Virus record (IMG/VR): IMGVR_UViG_3300025769_000090
Coordinates: 11,240 to 75,239 of that record
Length of the DNA: 64,000 nucleotides
Source: a virus
Direction: 5' to 3' (one strand)
In this document: positions 56,001-64,000 of the stretch, piece by piece
Position numbering within the stretch: the first letter of the stretch is position 1
Layout: each line of letters starts with the position of its first letter
Program-made: the position numbers and the translations under genes
The notes under the pieces: generated by a model
The model's input: the letters and a program-made list of their open reading frames with translations, nothing else
What the model was told of the DNA's origin: nothing
Databases searched by the model: none

Positions 56001-57668
56001 AATCTTGAAGTATATACATCATCTGTAGTAATGGGAGAATATGCTATCCAAGCATTAACTACTAGTGGTCCTAAAATTAATTTTGGGGCTACGACTGATT
56101 TTGATAGCTTTATGAGTATTGGGGCTTTTAGTAGTATTAATAATATAGATACAAAGAATAGAAACTTCCATTTATACGGTACTAATACAGCAACAGGTTT
56201 CTTTTTTAATGAAAGTGTAGGTAAATTTGGTATAGGAACAACTAGTCCTTCAAGTTTATTAGAAGTAAATGGTGGTAACCACAAAGTTGATGGTGGTAAT
56301 TTAAGAGTAGATAATGGCAATTTACAAATTAGCCATTCTTCTGCTGGTGGAATAGGTGGTCAATTTGAACAACCTACTACCCAATTATTAACATTTAGAT
56401 TCGATTCTGATAGATTTAGATTCTGGGCTGGTGGGGCAGAACGATTAACTATTTTATCCAGCTCAGGTAATGTTGGTATAGGTACTAGTACCCCAAGTGA
56501 AAAATTAGAAGTAATAGGTAATATAAGTTCTAGTGGGACTGGATCGTTTAATAAGGGGGGTAGGTTTAATGGTAGGGTAGGTATAGGACAATCTAATCCT
56601 ACCGTGCCATTAGAAGTAATAGGTACAATTAAACAAAAACAAGGACCTGGGTACTCTAATTATGTTGAACAAACAATAAATGAAGCCCAATTAACTATTA
56701 ATGCTAATGCTGTTGGGGGACACAATTCAGCTATTAAATTTGCTGCTAATAGTACTGAAATTGCCAGAATTGATGGTGCTGGTAGTATAACAGCCTCAGG
56801 TAATATAAGTGCTAGTGGTTTCTTATTTATTTCAATGTCGACAACTGGCAGTGATTTAAATACCGTTATGTATGATACTACTACAGGCAGATTATATTAT
56901 ACTGGAAGTTATGGTGGAGGGGGAGGCAGTGGTGGTAGTGATAATTTAGGCAACCATACAGCTAGCCTAGATTTAGATATGGGTAATAATGATATTAATA
57001 ATGTTTCTACAATTAGTACTTCTACAATTAATGTTTCTACAATTCAAAGTGATACTAATTTAATCATAGGGGCCAACACAAATGATATCCAACTTACAGG
57101 AGTTAGTAATATAGATCTTAATAGCGGTAAAGTTATTTTAAACGATAATGGACACATTACAGCGTCAGGTGAAATAACTGCTAACAGTGCTATTATTTTA
57201 AATAATATAAGTGCAAGTAGTGTTACTACAGGTCTTGTAAAACTTGATGAAAATGGCACTACTTTAGTAAGTTCATCAAATGATTTAACCCACGTAAGTG
57301 AAAGCAAAACCTCTAGAGGAGAAATAGTCAAATTTGGTGATAGTACTACTGAATTAGGTAAATTATACTACTATTCAGGAAGTGAAGAGTGGACAGCTAC
57401 AAGCCAAACAGACATAGATGCTCGAGGAGCTTTATTAGGAATAGCTCTTGGAACTAATAGTAGTACTGATGGTATAATTTTAAAAGGAATTGCCCATATT
57501 TCGGGCACAGTAACAGTAGGAAATCAAGTATATATGGGTGCCACATCAGGATCTGCAACTACTACACCTCCAAACACAGCAAATAGTACACTTAGATCTA
57601 TAGGACATGCATTAAAAGATAATGTAATATATTTTAATCCTTCACCAGACTTTATAATAATAAAATAA
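53040..57668 (+). CDS. Long fibre protein (1542 aa)
   Basis: Repeated GNVGIGT..P...L.V.G units and ITASGNISASG motifs. Confidence 0.85.
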   Translation: MANEFIARKGLIALNNSSISGSLGVTGSFTVEKSGSTVFEVVGSTGQLFSIEDNMQGSLFAVSDISGLPILEVFSDDKIIAGAYGKNTFVVNDDKVGIGTTSPGSLLSLAKSDATVYDSTDDDGQRNVGPTILLENTSSVNNTFGQILFDSDDSNQGIARIAFLDTGEASTDIAFVTEHINNKSEKLRIASNGKVGIGIDGPASRLHVFEDSATTSTGAGITIENDGAGDAVLQFLLTGTKRWVTGIDNSDGDKFKIASSADLASAARFIIDGGTGNVGIAYNSPSNKLHVSGNIALRANTFSGSEDFSNIIGTRGRTFIKDVIADASYEDTPFINTETFNAFAGADKWAAITASNVYNSYVGSDPPDSYTEGNLQPEDLRESSIYKNSYKQMFRVGGTTFQPYFSESIQGNDLDEIVIEIDHTDEPLKHHSLVGIQFTHPNWRARRVKIEAYTGSNVSPGWVTGLDINNHNEATLAAQINGANLGIQKTKFTLGRPLNSGSYNYIRIAKIFGYDFKGVSSGENDAVKTGTYYLGKHDDSAHYGTIYPASGNVDLGKSSDVYARIYADTSSLNRIEHNGDSDTFMQFDNDHIQFNAGGVQMLTINESGGGQDKIIINQDAADVDFKVESVGDSTLLYTVGSTNRVGIGTDSPGEKLEVNGNVSVLGDITASGAINADVLTLAGTSIIENQILIISSSNIFGDTPSDTHEFNGNITASGNISASGDIIANGGNFNDDITIDSGDITIDSGSFRVNTFNEGLQFYNGSNYTSNRIILSTAQNMQFIAGNVFQFYTTVEILNSSSLTFRNQGNSANIKIRNAGSGSNFSRLDIQNSGPLSNVLMSVSSSGNVGIGTTTPAEKLTVSGNISASGEIRGQKLIADFDGSTGGLRFIDPDDGNINDNRITLSSAKNMQFKADGVFQFSNGHVQVLKGNQLTLSDEDNQSKFKIQNISPNTGSGDENNITLSVKNESGTSLLRISGSGNTNLAGNLEVYTSSVVMGEYAIQALTTSGPKINFGATTDFDSFMSIGAFSSINNIDTKNRNFHLYGTNTATGFFFNESVGKFGIGTTSPSSLLEVNGGNHKVDGGNLRVDNGNLQISHSSAGGIGGQFEQPTTQLLTFRFDSDRFRFWAGGAERLTILSSSGNVGIGTSTPSEKLEVIGNISSSGTGSFNKGGRFNGRVGIGQSNPTVPLEVIGTIKQKQGPGYSNYVEQTINEAQLTINANAVGGHNSAIKFAANSTEIARIDGAGSITASGNISASGFLFISMSTTGSDLNTVMYDTTTGRLYYTGSYGGGGGSGGSDNLGNHTASLDLDMGNNDINNVSTISTSTINVSTIQSDTNLIIGANTNDIQLTGVSNIDLNSGKVILNDNGHITASGEITANSAIILNNISASSVTTGLVKLDENGTTLVSSSNDLTHVSESKTSRGEIVKFGDSTTELGKLYYYSGSEEWTATSQTDIDARGALLGIALGTNSSTDGIILKGIAHISGTVTVGNQVYMGATSGSATTTPPNTANSTLRSIGHALKDNVIYFNPSPDFIIIK
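55245..55286 (+). repeat. Perfect 21-nt tandem duplication within the fibre gene
   Basis: GATATTACTATAGATAGTGGT twice (DITIDSG x2). Confidence 0.9.
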
Positions 57669-58448
57669 ATGAGTAATATAAAAAAAATACTGATACCTGG
57701 ATTTACACCATCTCCTACTTCATTTGGGGGTAATGAAATTATTATAAATCCGGTTGATGGAAAAATTTATATAAAAAATACCCAAAATAATACTTTGAGG
57801 GTAGTTAACCAAGATAAAGATAGTAATACCCCCTTAGATGGTGATATACTCATTAATAAAAAAATAGAATTTAAAGAAACTAAAAACTCAGATAGTATTT
57901 TGTTTATAAGTTCTTCTAATAACCAATCAAGAATTGGTATTGGAACTATTAACCCTAAATCAAATATAGATTTTAAAGCAGTTGAAGACTCTACTATAGG
58001 AACCGAAATTATATTAAGAACTGCTCGTTCTGCTAGGGGTGCTCTAACAGGTGATGAGGGGGGTAGTATTAATTTTACTATTGACAGTGGCTCATTTAAT
58101 GATTTAAAAACTTCTGGCTCTTTAGCAAAGATTAAAACAATTGTTAATGAAGTGGGGGTTGGTGGTGCCCAAGGATTATTAGCTTTTACTTTATCGAAAG
58201 GAGCAGGCGGTGAAGGAATTGACGCTTTTAAATATGGGTATGCTATAGGAGGCGAAGCTACATTTGCTCAAATTCAAACTGGTTCTCTAATAATGCATGA
58301 TTTTAGTAGTGGTCAACCTGCTAGACTCAATATGAATGATTCCAATGGAGACACAACATTTGAAGTTTTTCAGGGACATATTACAGCTTCTGGGGATATC
58401 AGTGCAAGTGGTAATATAATAGGTAATATAAACGGAGGAACATTTTAA
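57669..58448 (+). CDS. Fibre-related protein
   Basis: EIIINPVDGKIY N-terminus, RIGIGTINP, C-terminal INGGTF. Confidence 0.72.
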   Translation: MSNIKKILIPGFTPSPTSFGGNEIIINPVDGKIYIKNTQNNTLRVVNQDKDSNTPLDGDILINKKIEFKETKNSDSILFISSSNNQSRIGIGTINPKSNIDFKAVEDSTIGTEIILRTARSARGALTGDEGGSINFTIDSGSFNDLKTSGSLAKIKTIVNEVGVGGAQGLLAFTLSKGAGGEGIDAFKYGYAIGGEATFAQIQTGSLIMHDFSSGQPARLNMNDSNGDTTFEVFQGHITASGDISASGNIIGNINGGTF

Positions 58449-58804
58449 TGGCTGTAAGAACACCTTTTAATTGGAATAAAGCAAGCTTTTCATGGGATAG
58501 AGGATCTGCTTTTCTTAACCAAAGTAAAACCCCCTTTACATGGGATGACGTAGCATTAATTATACAAGTTGCAGAAGTCCTAGAAAAACTTGGGCCTTAT
58601 GCAGATGGTGACGTACAAGACGATGCTATACAGGACCTTGTTAAAGATGATCCTGAAAAGAAAAAACGACTTATTAAGCTAATCTGTAAAGTTCAAGGAA
58701 AAATATATAAAGAAACAAAAGAAATAGAAGAGGTTAAAATAAATATCGAAGATGTTAAACTCCTTATAAAGGAGGCACTAGGTATTAACGTAACAATACT
58801 TTAA
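58448..58804 (+). CDS. Hypothetical protein with N-terminal F.W repeats
   Basis: PFNWN..FSWD...PFTWDD. Confidence 0.7.
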   Translation: MAVRTPFNWNKASFSWDRGSAFLNQSKTPFTWDDVALIIQVAEVLEKLGPYADGDVQDDAIQDLVKDDPEKKKRLIKLICKVQGKIYKETKEIEEVKINIEDVKLLIKEALGINVTIL

Positions 58805-58807
58805 GAC

Positions 58808-59380
58808 ATGTACAAATTATACACAGACAAACAAGAAATCTTTGAGTGCGACATTCAACTCGAAGGAGCATCGTTAAATAGTTCAAACGCTCGTTTAATT
58901 ATTGAAACTGATGATTTATCATTACTTTTTAAAGGTAGTATTAATAGCCAAGGAAAATGTAAGATTCCAGTAAAGCGTCTTAAAGGACTATTAGGTGAAG
59001 ACATTAAAGGTACTATTAAATTAGAAGTTATAGCAGAAGATACTTACTTCATTCCTTGGGAATCCGCCTTTACAGTTGAAGCTTCAAAGAAAATCCAAGT
59101 CGAAGTTAAGTCCCAAAGTCAAGGAGAAGTAATTACTGAATCTAAACCTTCAGTAAAAGTTAAAAATATTAAAGAAGAAGTTACTGTTAAAGAAAAAAAT
59201 CACGTTCTAAACATCCTTAAGCTTCTTATTAAAGAAGATATTAGTTTAAAAAATGTTAAATTTAGAAAAAATAAATTAAACTACGTAGTAGCTACTTACT
59301 TAGATAAACATCCTATTAATGAATCTCAAAAAGACGAAATAGTCACAGGTGTACTTAACGGTCTTTCTAAATTAAGATAA
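58808..59380 (+). CDS. Hypothetical protein; beta-rich N-terminus, helical tail with ITE/IKE/INE sites
   Basis: ORF in operon. Confidence 0.7.
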   Translation: MYKLYTDKQEIFECDIQLEGASLNSSNARLIIETDDLSLLFKGSINSQGKCKIPVKRLKGLLGEDIKGTIKLEVIAEDTYFIPWESAFTVEASKKIQVEVKSQSQGEVITESKPSVKVKNIKEEVTVKEKNHVLNILKLLIKEDISLKNVKFRKNKLNYVVATYLDKHPINESQKDEIVTGVLNGLSKLR

Positions 59381-59387
59381 ATAAGTT

Positions 59388-60137
59388 ATGGCATTACCTG
59401 ATTTTACAGGCCAAAATATAGAAGATACTTATCAAAGAGTATTACAAACGGATGGAGGAACCCTCCGTGACGGTACGGGTTCTTTAGTTACCCTTACTAA
59501 TATAACATCATCCGGTAATATAAGCGCAAGTGGTACTATTATTGGATCAAATTTAAGTGGCACTAACACAGGGGACCAAAATATATCAAACTTAGCAATC
59601 ACGGGTAGTGATATTATATTTAACCATATAACAGCTTCAGGTGATATAAGTGCTAGTGGTACACTTTTTGCCGATGATATTAGAGCTACATTACCCACAG
59701 GAATAGATAATTCTGTGGTAATACTTGATGCAGATGGGCGTTTAAAAACTGATGAAATAGATTCAGATGTATTTGAAACTGGTAAATTAGCAAAATCATT
59801 TGCTAACTTTGATAGCTTTCCTGATTATTCTAATCAAGTAGCTGTTTGGCGTAGTAATACTTCACTAAGAGGTTTTACCCCCATTACAGCTACCAGTGAT
59901 GGAGTTTTAACAGCTACTGTTGTTTCAGCTAGTTCGGCAACTGCATCTTTTATTGCAATTTTATCTGTAGATAAACTTAAAATTAATGGTGTACAAATAG
60001 GTGAAAGAGTAGGAACCGACACTAAACTAGGTAACACAGCCGACACTAGAACTATTATACAATCACCTAAACTCGAAGTAACAGATTTAAATATAACAGG
60101 AGAGATTACAGGCTCTTTTGATGGAGGCACCTTTTAA
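59388..60137 (+). CDS. Fibre-related protein
   Basis: ISASG motifs; C-terminal FDGGTF. Confidence 0.72.
   Translation: MALPDFTGQNIEDTYQRVLQTDGGTLRDGTGSLVTLTNITSSGNISASGTIIGSNLSGTNTGDQNISNLAITGSDIIFNHITASGDISASGTLFADDIRATLPTGIDNSVVILDADGRLKTDEIDSDVFETGKLAKSFANFDSFPDYSNQVAVWRSNTSLRGFTPITATSDGVLTATVVSASSATASFIAILSVDKLKINGVQIGERVGTDTKLGNTADTRTIIQSPKLEVTDLNITGEITGSFDGGTF
59502..59579 (+). repeat. 78-nt dispersed repeat, copy 1 (copy 2 at 61065-61142)
   Basis: Encodes IT.SG.ISASGTI.GSNLSGTNTGDQ; identical 20-nt core TTAAGTGGCACTAACACAGG. Confidence 0.8.
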
Positions 60138-60152
60138 ACATATGTATATACA

Positions 60153-62339
60153 ATGGCTAGTACAATAAAATTAAAAAACAGCACAACCGCAGGCAATTCA
60201 CCTAGTTCACTTGAAACTGGTGAAGTTGCAATTAATGTTGCGGACGGTAATTTGTTTTATGGCAGCGCTTCCGCTGTATTACAAAACTTTGTTGTAGATG
60301 AGCTAGAAGTAAAAGGTAACCTTACTGCCCAGCAATATATAGTTTCTTCATCTGTTACCCATATGACTACTTCATTCAGTAGTGGTTCAACTGTTTTTGG
60401 AGATACGCAAGATGATACTCACTTATTTACAGGTAGTATAAATGTTACTGGCAGCATTACATCTGAAAGATCAGTTGATGGGGGTGATAATGTAATACAA
60501 GTTATTAATTCTAACACAGATACAGGTACCGATAAAGGTGCAGGAATTGAATTCTTACATGGAAGTGCAAATATTAGTGGTGAAAGTGGCATTAATAGAG
60601 TAGCAGGTAAGATATTATCTACTAAAGCTGGTACCTATAATGGGACCACCGACGCTATTGATTCTAACTTAGAATTTTACACAGCTAAAGATAATTCTAA
60701 TATTAAACGATTAGAAATAGATGAAGAAGGAGATTCTACATTTTTCGGAAATCTTCATATAACACAAAGTAATCCTTCTACAAATGAAAAGCTTTTTACT
60801 ATTGGTGAAGATGGTACTGAAAGGTTTCGAGTAGATGCTGAAGGTGATGTAGTTGCTATAGGTGTAGGAACTTTTAACAAAGTCCAAGTAACTAATGATG
60901 GTAATCAATCTGGCCCAGCTATAGCTTTTGGAACTGATACAAATACTGGAATTTACCAACCTGCTGATAATAAAATTTCCCTCCAAGCAGATGGAGGTTC
61001 CACTGAATTAACAGTTGATACGAGTGGAATTGATATAGTTGGTGATTTAGATATAAGTAGCCATATAACAGCCTCAGGTGATATAAGTGCAAGTGGTACT
61101 ATAGTAGGTTCTAACTTAAGTGGCACTAACACAGGTGACCAAGATTTATCTGGTCTAGCATTAAAAACTGCTATTAGTGGTGCATTTACAGCGGCTAGTG
61201 CTTCGCTTAGCACAAGGGTTACTGCAAACGATGCTAAATTAACTGCTAACACATCTAATGTAACTAGTGCGGGTGCATTAATGGATTCTGAAGTTACATC
61301 ATTATCATTAATTAAAGGATTAACAGCAGCACAAATTAGTGGTTCATTTACAGCTGCTAGTGCAAGCTTAGCTGCTGATATAGTTACTAATGCCGGAAAT
61401 ATAGGTACTACTACAAATGCTTTAACAGTTGATAACGCTACTTTACAACTTAACTCAGGCACAACATTTAATGGCAGTGCTGCACGAACAATATCAATTA
61501 AAGATGGTGGAGTTGATTCAGATGCCTTAGCCGCTAATGTAGCAGTTACACAATTAACATCCTCTATAATTAGCGCAAGCGGCGACATATTCTGTACCAA
61601 CATAACAATAGCAGAAGATATAGTTTCAGTAGGTGATGATATAATCCTTAAAGATAATCTAGCAGTCTCTAGTTCAGGCGGATCTATTCAATTTAGGGGA
61701 ACAGCAGGTGGAAGTAATGAATCTATTACATACCTTGATTCAGGAGGATCAGGAAGATTTGCCCTGTTATTCCCTGGTAGTGATGTTGTAGCCATAACAA
61801 ATAGAGCATCTAATGGTAATGTTGAAATTAGAGCTAATACTTCTACAGCGGGCGCTAGTGGGGAAGTTACAGTTGCTAATTTTGAAGATGATAAAATTAC
61901 CCACAATGTTAAATCTGAAATTAGACTAGCTAAAACTTCTAATACAGATGCTGATTATAATGGCGATGTAGTTTTCTTTGGTGGTACTACTAGTATGACG
62001 GCAGGTAGAATATACCACTTTAAATCAGATGGCACCTGGGAATTAGCAAATCCAAATGCAGTAGCCACATCAGATGGTTTATTAGCGGTAGCCTTAGGAG
62101 CAGCCTCAGATACTAATGGTATGTTACTTAAAGGTATGGTTACATTAGACCACGATCCTGGTGCTGTTGGAGACGTATTATATTTAGACGAACAACAAGT
62201 TAGCAGTGCTTACGGAGCAGCTACCTCAGGTGCTCCCGCAGGTACGGGAGATGTAGTTAGAATTATTGGTTATTGTTTAGATGCATCAAATGGTCAAATT
62301 TATTTTGATCCTTCTAAAGACCATATTGTTCATGCATAA
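60153..62339 (+). CDS. Fibre protein
   Basis: PSSLETGEVAINVADG.LFYG N-terminus, THLFTGS; C-terminal domain shared with 53040-57668. Preceded by TATGTAT at 60141-60147. Confidence 0.8.
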   Translation: MASTIKLKNSTTAGNSPSSLETGEVAINVADGNLFYGSASAVLQNFVVDELEVKGNLTAQQYIVSSSVTHMTTSFSSGSTVFGDTQDDTHLFTGSINVTGSITSERSVDGGDNVIQVINSNTDTGTDKGAGIEFLHGSANISGESGINRVAGKILSTKAGTYNGTTDAIDSNLEFYTAKDNSNIKRLEIDEEGDSTFFGNLHITQSNPSTNEKLFTIGEDGTERFRVDAEGDVVAIGVGTFNKVQVTNDGNQSGPAIAFGTDTNTGIYQPADNKISLQADGGSTELTVDTSGIDIVGDLDISSHITASGDISASGTIVGSNLSGTNTGDQDLSGLALKTAISGAFTAASASLSTRVTANDAKLTANTSNVTSAGALMDSEVTSLSLIKGLTAAQISGSFTAASASLAADIVTNAGNIGTTTNALTVDNATLQLNSGTTFNGSAARTISIKDGGVDSDALAANVAVTQLTSSIISASGDIFCTNITIAEDIVSVGDDIILKDNLAVSSSGGSIQFRGTAGGSNESITYLDSGGSGRFALLFPGSDVVAITNRASNGNVEIRANTSTAGASGEVTVANFEDDKITHNVKSEIRLAKTSNTDADYNGDVVFFGGTTSMTAGRIYHFKSDGTWELANPNAVATSDGLLAVALGAASDTNGMLLKGMVTLDHDPGAVGDVLYLDEQQVSSAYGAATSGAPAGTGDVVRIIGYCLDASNGQIYFDPSKDHIVHA
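61065..61142 (+). repeat. 78-nt dispersed repeat, copy 2
   Basis: See 59502-59579. Confidence 0.8.
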
Positions 62340-62899
62340 TGAGTTATTTAAATCAAACACTAACATTCGAATCGGATAAGATTTATTATCACGAAGATAA
62401 TAATGAACTTCAAGTAATGATGGATTGGGAAGCCCCTATTATGTCTGCTTCCGCAGCATATATCTGTCAAAATGGTGGCGATATTTTAGAAATTGGATTT
62501 GGTATGGGTATTTCCGCAGGATATATTCAATCACATTCCATTAATTCTCATACTATTATAGAAAATCATCCTGATGTAATTCCTAAAGCACAAGCATGGG
62601 CTTCTGGAAAATCAAATGTAACTATTGTGACAGGCAGTTGGTACGATGTCAAAAATGATTTATCAACTTATGATGGGTTATTTTATGATACTTGGGGAGA
62701 CGATAATATGGATCAATTTAGCTCTTCATTATCATCTTTAATGAAAGTAGGAGGGGTAGCTACATGGTGGAATAATGAACCATCATCTACTAATTTTTAC
62801 AACATCCCTAATGTAACTTATGATACCCATAATGTAACCCCTACTGAAAATTGTTATTTTAACAATACACTTTACTATCTACCAAAATGCCAACACTAA
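62339..62899 (+). CDS. Class I SAM-dependent methyltransferase, Rmt2/GAMT-like
   Basis: VMMDWEAPIM, ILEIGFGMGI, HTIIENHPDV, G.W.D, YDGLFYDT. Confidence 0.85.
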   Translation: MSYLNQTLTFESDKIYYHEDNNELQVMMDWEAPIMSASAAYICQNGGDILEIGFGMGISAGYIQSHSINSHTIIENHPDVIPKAQAWASGKSNVTIVTGSWYDVKNDLSTYDGLFYDTWGDDNMDQFSSSLSSLMKVGGVATWWNNEPSSTNFYNIPNVTYDTHNVTPTENCYFNNTLYYLPKCQH

Positions 62900-63582
62900 A
62901 CGCATCTAAAACAGGAACTGCTATAGGTCAATCTAGTGCTACTTTTGCAACGGCAAGGCAAACTGGCTTTAGCGTACAAGCCAACCCTACAAATAACCAA
63001 GTTACTGCTATTTCATATACAGCTCTTGCGGGTCGTGGTTCTCTTACCCATGGTATAAGGAGAACATTTCTTTACTTTGATACCAGTGGCTTAACAGGGA
63101 CAATATCAAACACTTCACTCAATATTGTAGGTAACACAAATGACTCAGCTGATGTTATTGTTTTAAAAAGTACAGCCTTTGGTGGGGACGGAAGTTCAAA
63201 TATAGCAACCTCAGATTTCTTTTCTTCAATAGATTTTAGTACAGCATATAGTAGTGAATATGATTCATGGACTGCTACAGGCACTAATAATATTAACCTT
63301 AATTCAACAGCAAATACTGATATACAAAATAATGATGCTTTTATTTGTGCTATAGTTGAACATAGTCATGATTATGGTGGGGGTGGTGGTTCGGCAGCTA
63401 CCACAGCAACATCTAATATATCAGGTATAGGCTTTGGAATTACAGTTACTCTTACTTATACAGAAGCGGCAGCATCAGGGCCGGCGAATTTAACTTCATT
63501 AAATGGTATAGCAAAAGCAAGTATTACATCAACTAATACAATAACTTTGGCTAACATAACTTCTATTAATACAATAGCATAA
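62887..63582 (+). CDS. Virion-associated beta-sandwich-like protein, hypothetical
   Basis: RTFLYFDTSGL.G.I...SL.I pattern; Ser/Thr-rich. Confidence 0.65.
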   Translation: MPTLNASKTGTAIGQSSATFATARQTGFSVQANPTNNQVTAISYTALAGRGSLTHGIRRTFLYFDTSGLTGTISNTSLNIVGNTNDSADVIVLKSTAFGGDGSSNIATSDFFSSIDFSTAYSSEYDSWTATGTNNINLNSTANTDIQNNDAFICAIVEHSHDYGGGGGSAATTATSNISGIGFGITVTLTYTEAAASGPANLTSLNGIAKASITSTNTITLANITSINTIA

Positions 63583-63613
63583 ACAAAATTAAACTAATAT
63601 AAATTTATAAATT

Positions 63614-63883
63614 ATGGCTGTAAAAACTAACACTAATGTTGAACTAACACAAGAAGAAATTCAACAACTAAGTGATCTTCGTACAAAAACAAGTGAACTT
63701 ACTTTCCTTAGAGGACAAATTGGCATTGCTGAAGATAATCTTAAGCGTCAGCTTAATGAATTAGCAGAGAAATTTAACGAACTTTACAAAACAGAAAGCG
63801 AATTATCAACTACTATGTTTGAAAAATATGGAAAAGGACAAGTTGATCTAGATGCTGGTACATTTGTTAAGTCCGAAGATTAA
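63614..63883 (+). CDS. Small coiled-coil protein, putative fibre chaperone
   Basis: LTQEEI...coiled coil...EKYGKGQVDLDAGTF. Confidence 0.7.
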   Translation: MAVKTNTNVELTQEEIQQLSDLRTKTSELTFLRGQIGIAEDNLKRQLNELAEKFNELYKTESELSTTMFEKYGKGQVDLDAGTFVKSED

Positions 63884-63910
63884 TTTTTTTAAAATATCCT
63901 TGATATTTAT

Positions 63911-63940
63911 TGCCAGCAGGAAACTGCTGGCATTTTTTTT
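63911..63940 (+). terminator. Intrinsic terminator
   Basis: TGCCAGCAG-GAAA-CTGCTGGCA followed by T8. Confidence 0.9.
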
Positions 63941-63943
63941 CTA

Positions 63944-63950
63944 TATTTAT
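63944..63950 (+). promoter_or_regulatory. Putative late promoter TATTTAT for the tail sheath gene
   Basis: 21 nt upstream of ATG 63972. Confidence 0.55.
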
Positions 63951-63971
63951 TACAAATAAACAACACAAGAT

Positions 63972-64000
63972 ATGGCCGAACAAATAGTATCTCCGGGAGT
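63972..64000 (+). CDS. Tail sheath protein, 5' fragment
   Basis: MAEQIVSPG(V): SPGV is the characteristic sheath N-terminus; only 9 full codons are visible. Confidence 0.65.

Noticed and set aside
45973-62339. Diversity-generating retroelement or invertase shufflon acting on fibres
   Set aside because: No reverse transcriptase or recombinase in the window; the repeats are direct, in-frame, and their differences are not adenine-specific.
3421-63284. Many minus-strand ORFs in the track (e.g. 46149-46736, 49844-50530, 60953-61603, 36690-37199)
   Set aside because: They lie wholly opposite strong + strand genes, have shadow-like Ser/Leu/Pro-rich composition and show no motifs or promoters. Only 36328-36510 occupies its own space.
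1-64000. Stop-codon reassignment, as seen in some large Bacteroidota phages
   Set aside because: Core genes are intact and tightly packed under the standard code, and TAA/TGA end genes at sensible positions.

Overview
This window is a gene-dense, AT-rich, almost entirely + strand segment of a large T4-superfamily-like myophage. It covers the late/morphogenesis region in this order: gp55-like late sigma factor, baseplate genes, GIY-YIG nuclease, primase, an island of probable head-packaged proteins (18.2-26.1 kb), an FAD-oxidoreductase/P-loop kinase operon, a GIY-YIG homing endonuclease abutting terL, portal, prohead protease, scaffold, major capsid protein, phoH, neck proteins, about 19 kb of fibre/LamG genes containing an Rmt2/GAMT-like methyltransferase, and the start of the tail sheath. 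Three TTTG-N19/20-TAnnTT(T/C)R promoters and the lack of obvious Shine-Dalgarno sites suggest a Bacteroidota host. A TATTTAT motif precedes most late operons. The standard genetic code fits, and I saw no tRNA, rRNA or CRISPR array. The best candidates for new biology are: (i) a capsid-cargo system of portable N-terminal tags and [LIV]-x-E-delimited polyproteins that would release enzymes and basic peptides; (ii) a [ST]-[GAS]-S motif confined to exterior virion proteins, possibly a modification sequon; (iii) structured RNA leaders behind late promoters; (iv) a eukaryote-like arginine methyltransferase coupled to a fibre gene. All calls come from reading motifs by eye; no database searches were run.
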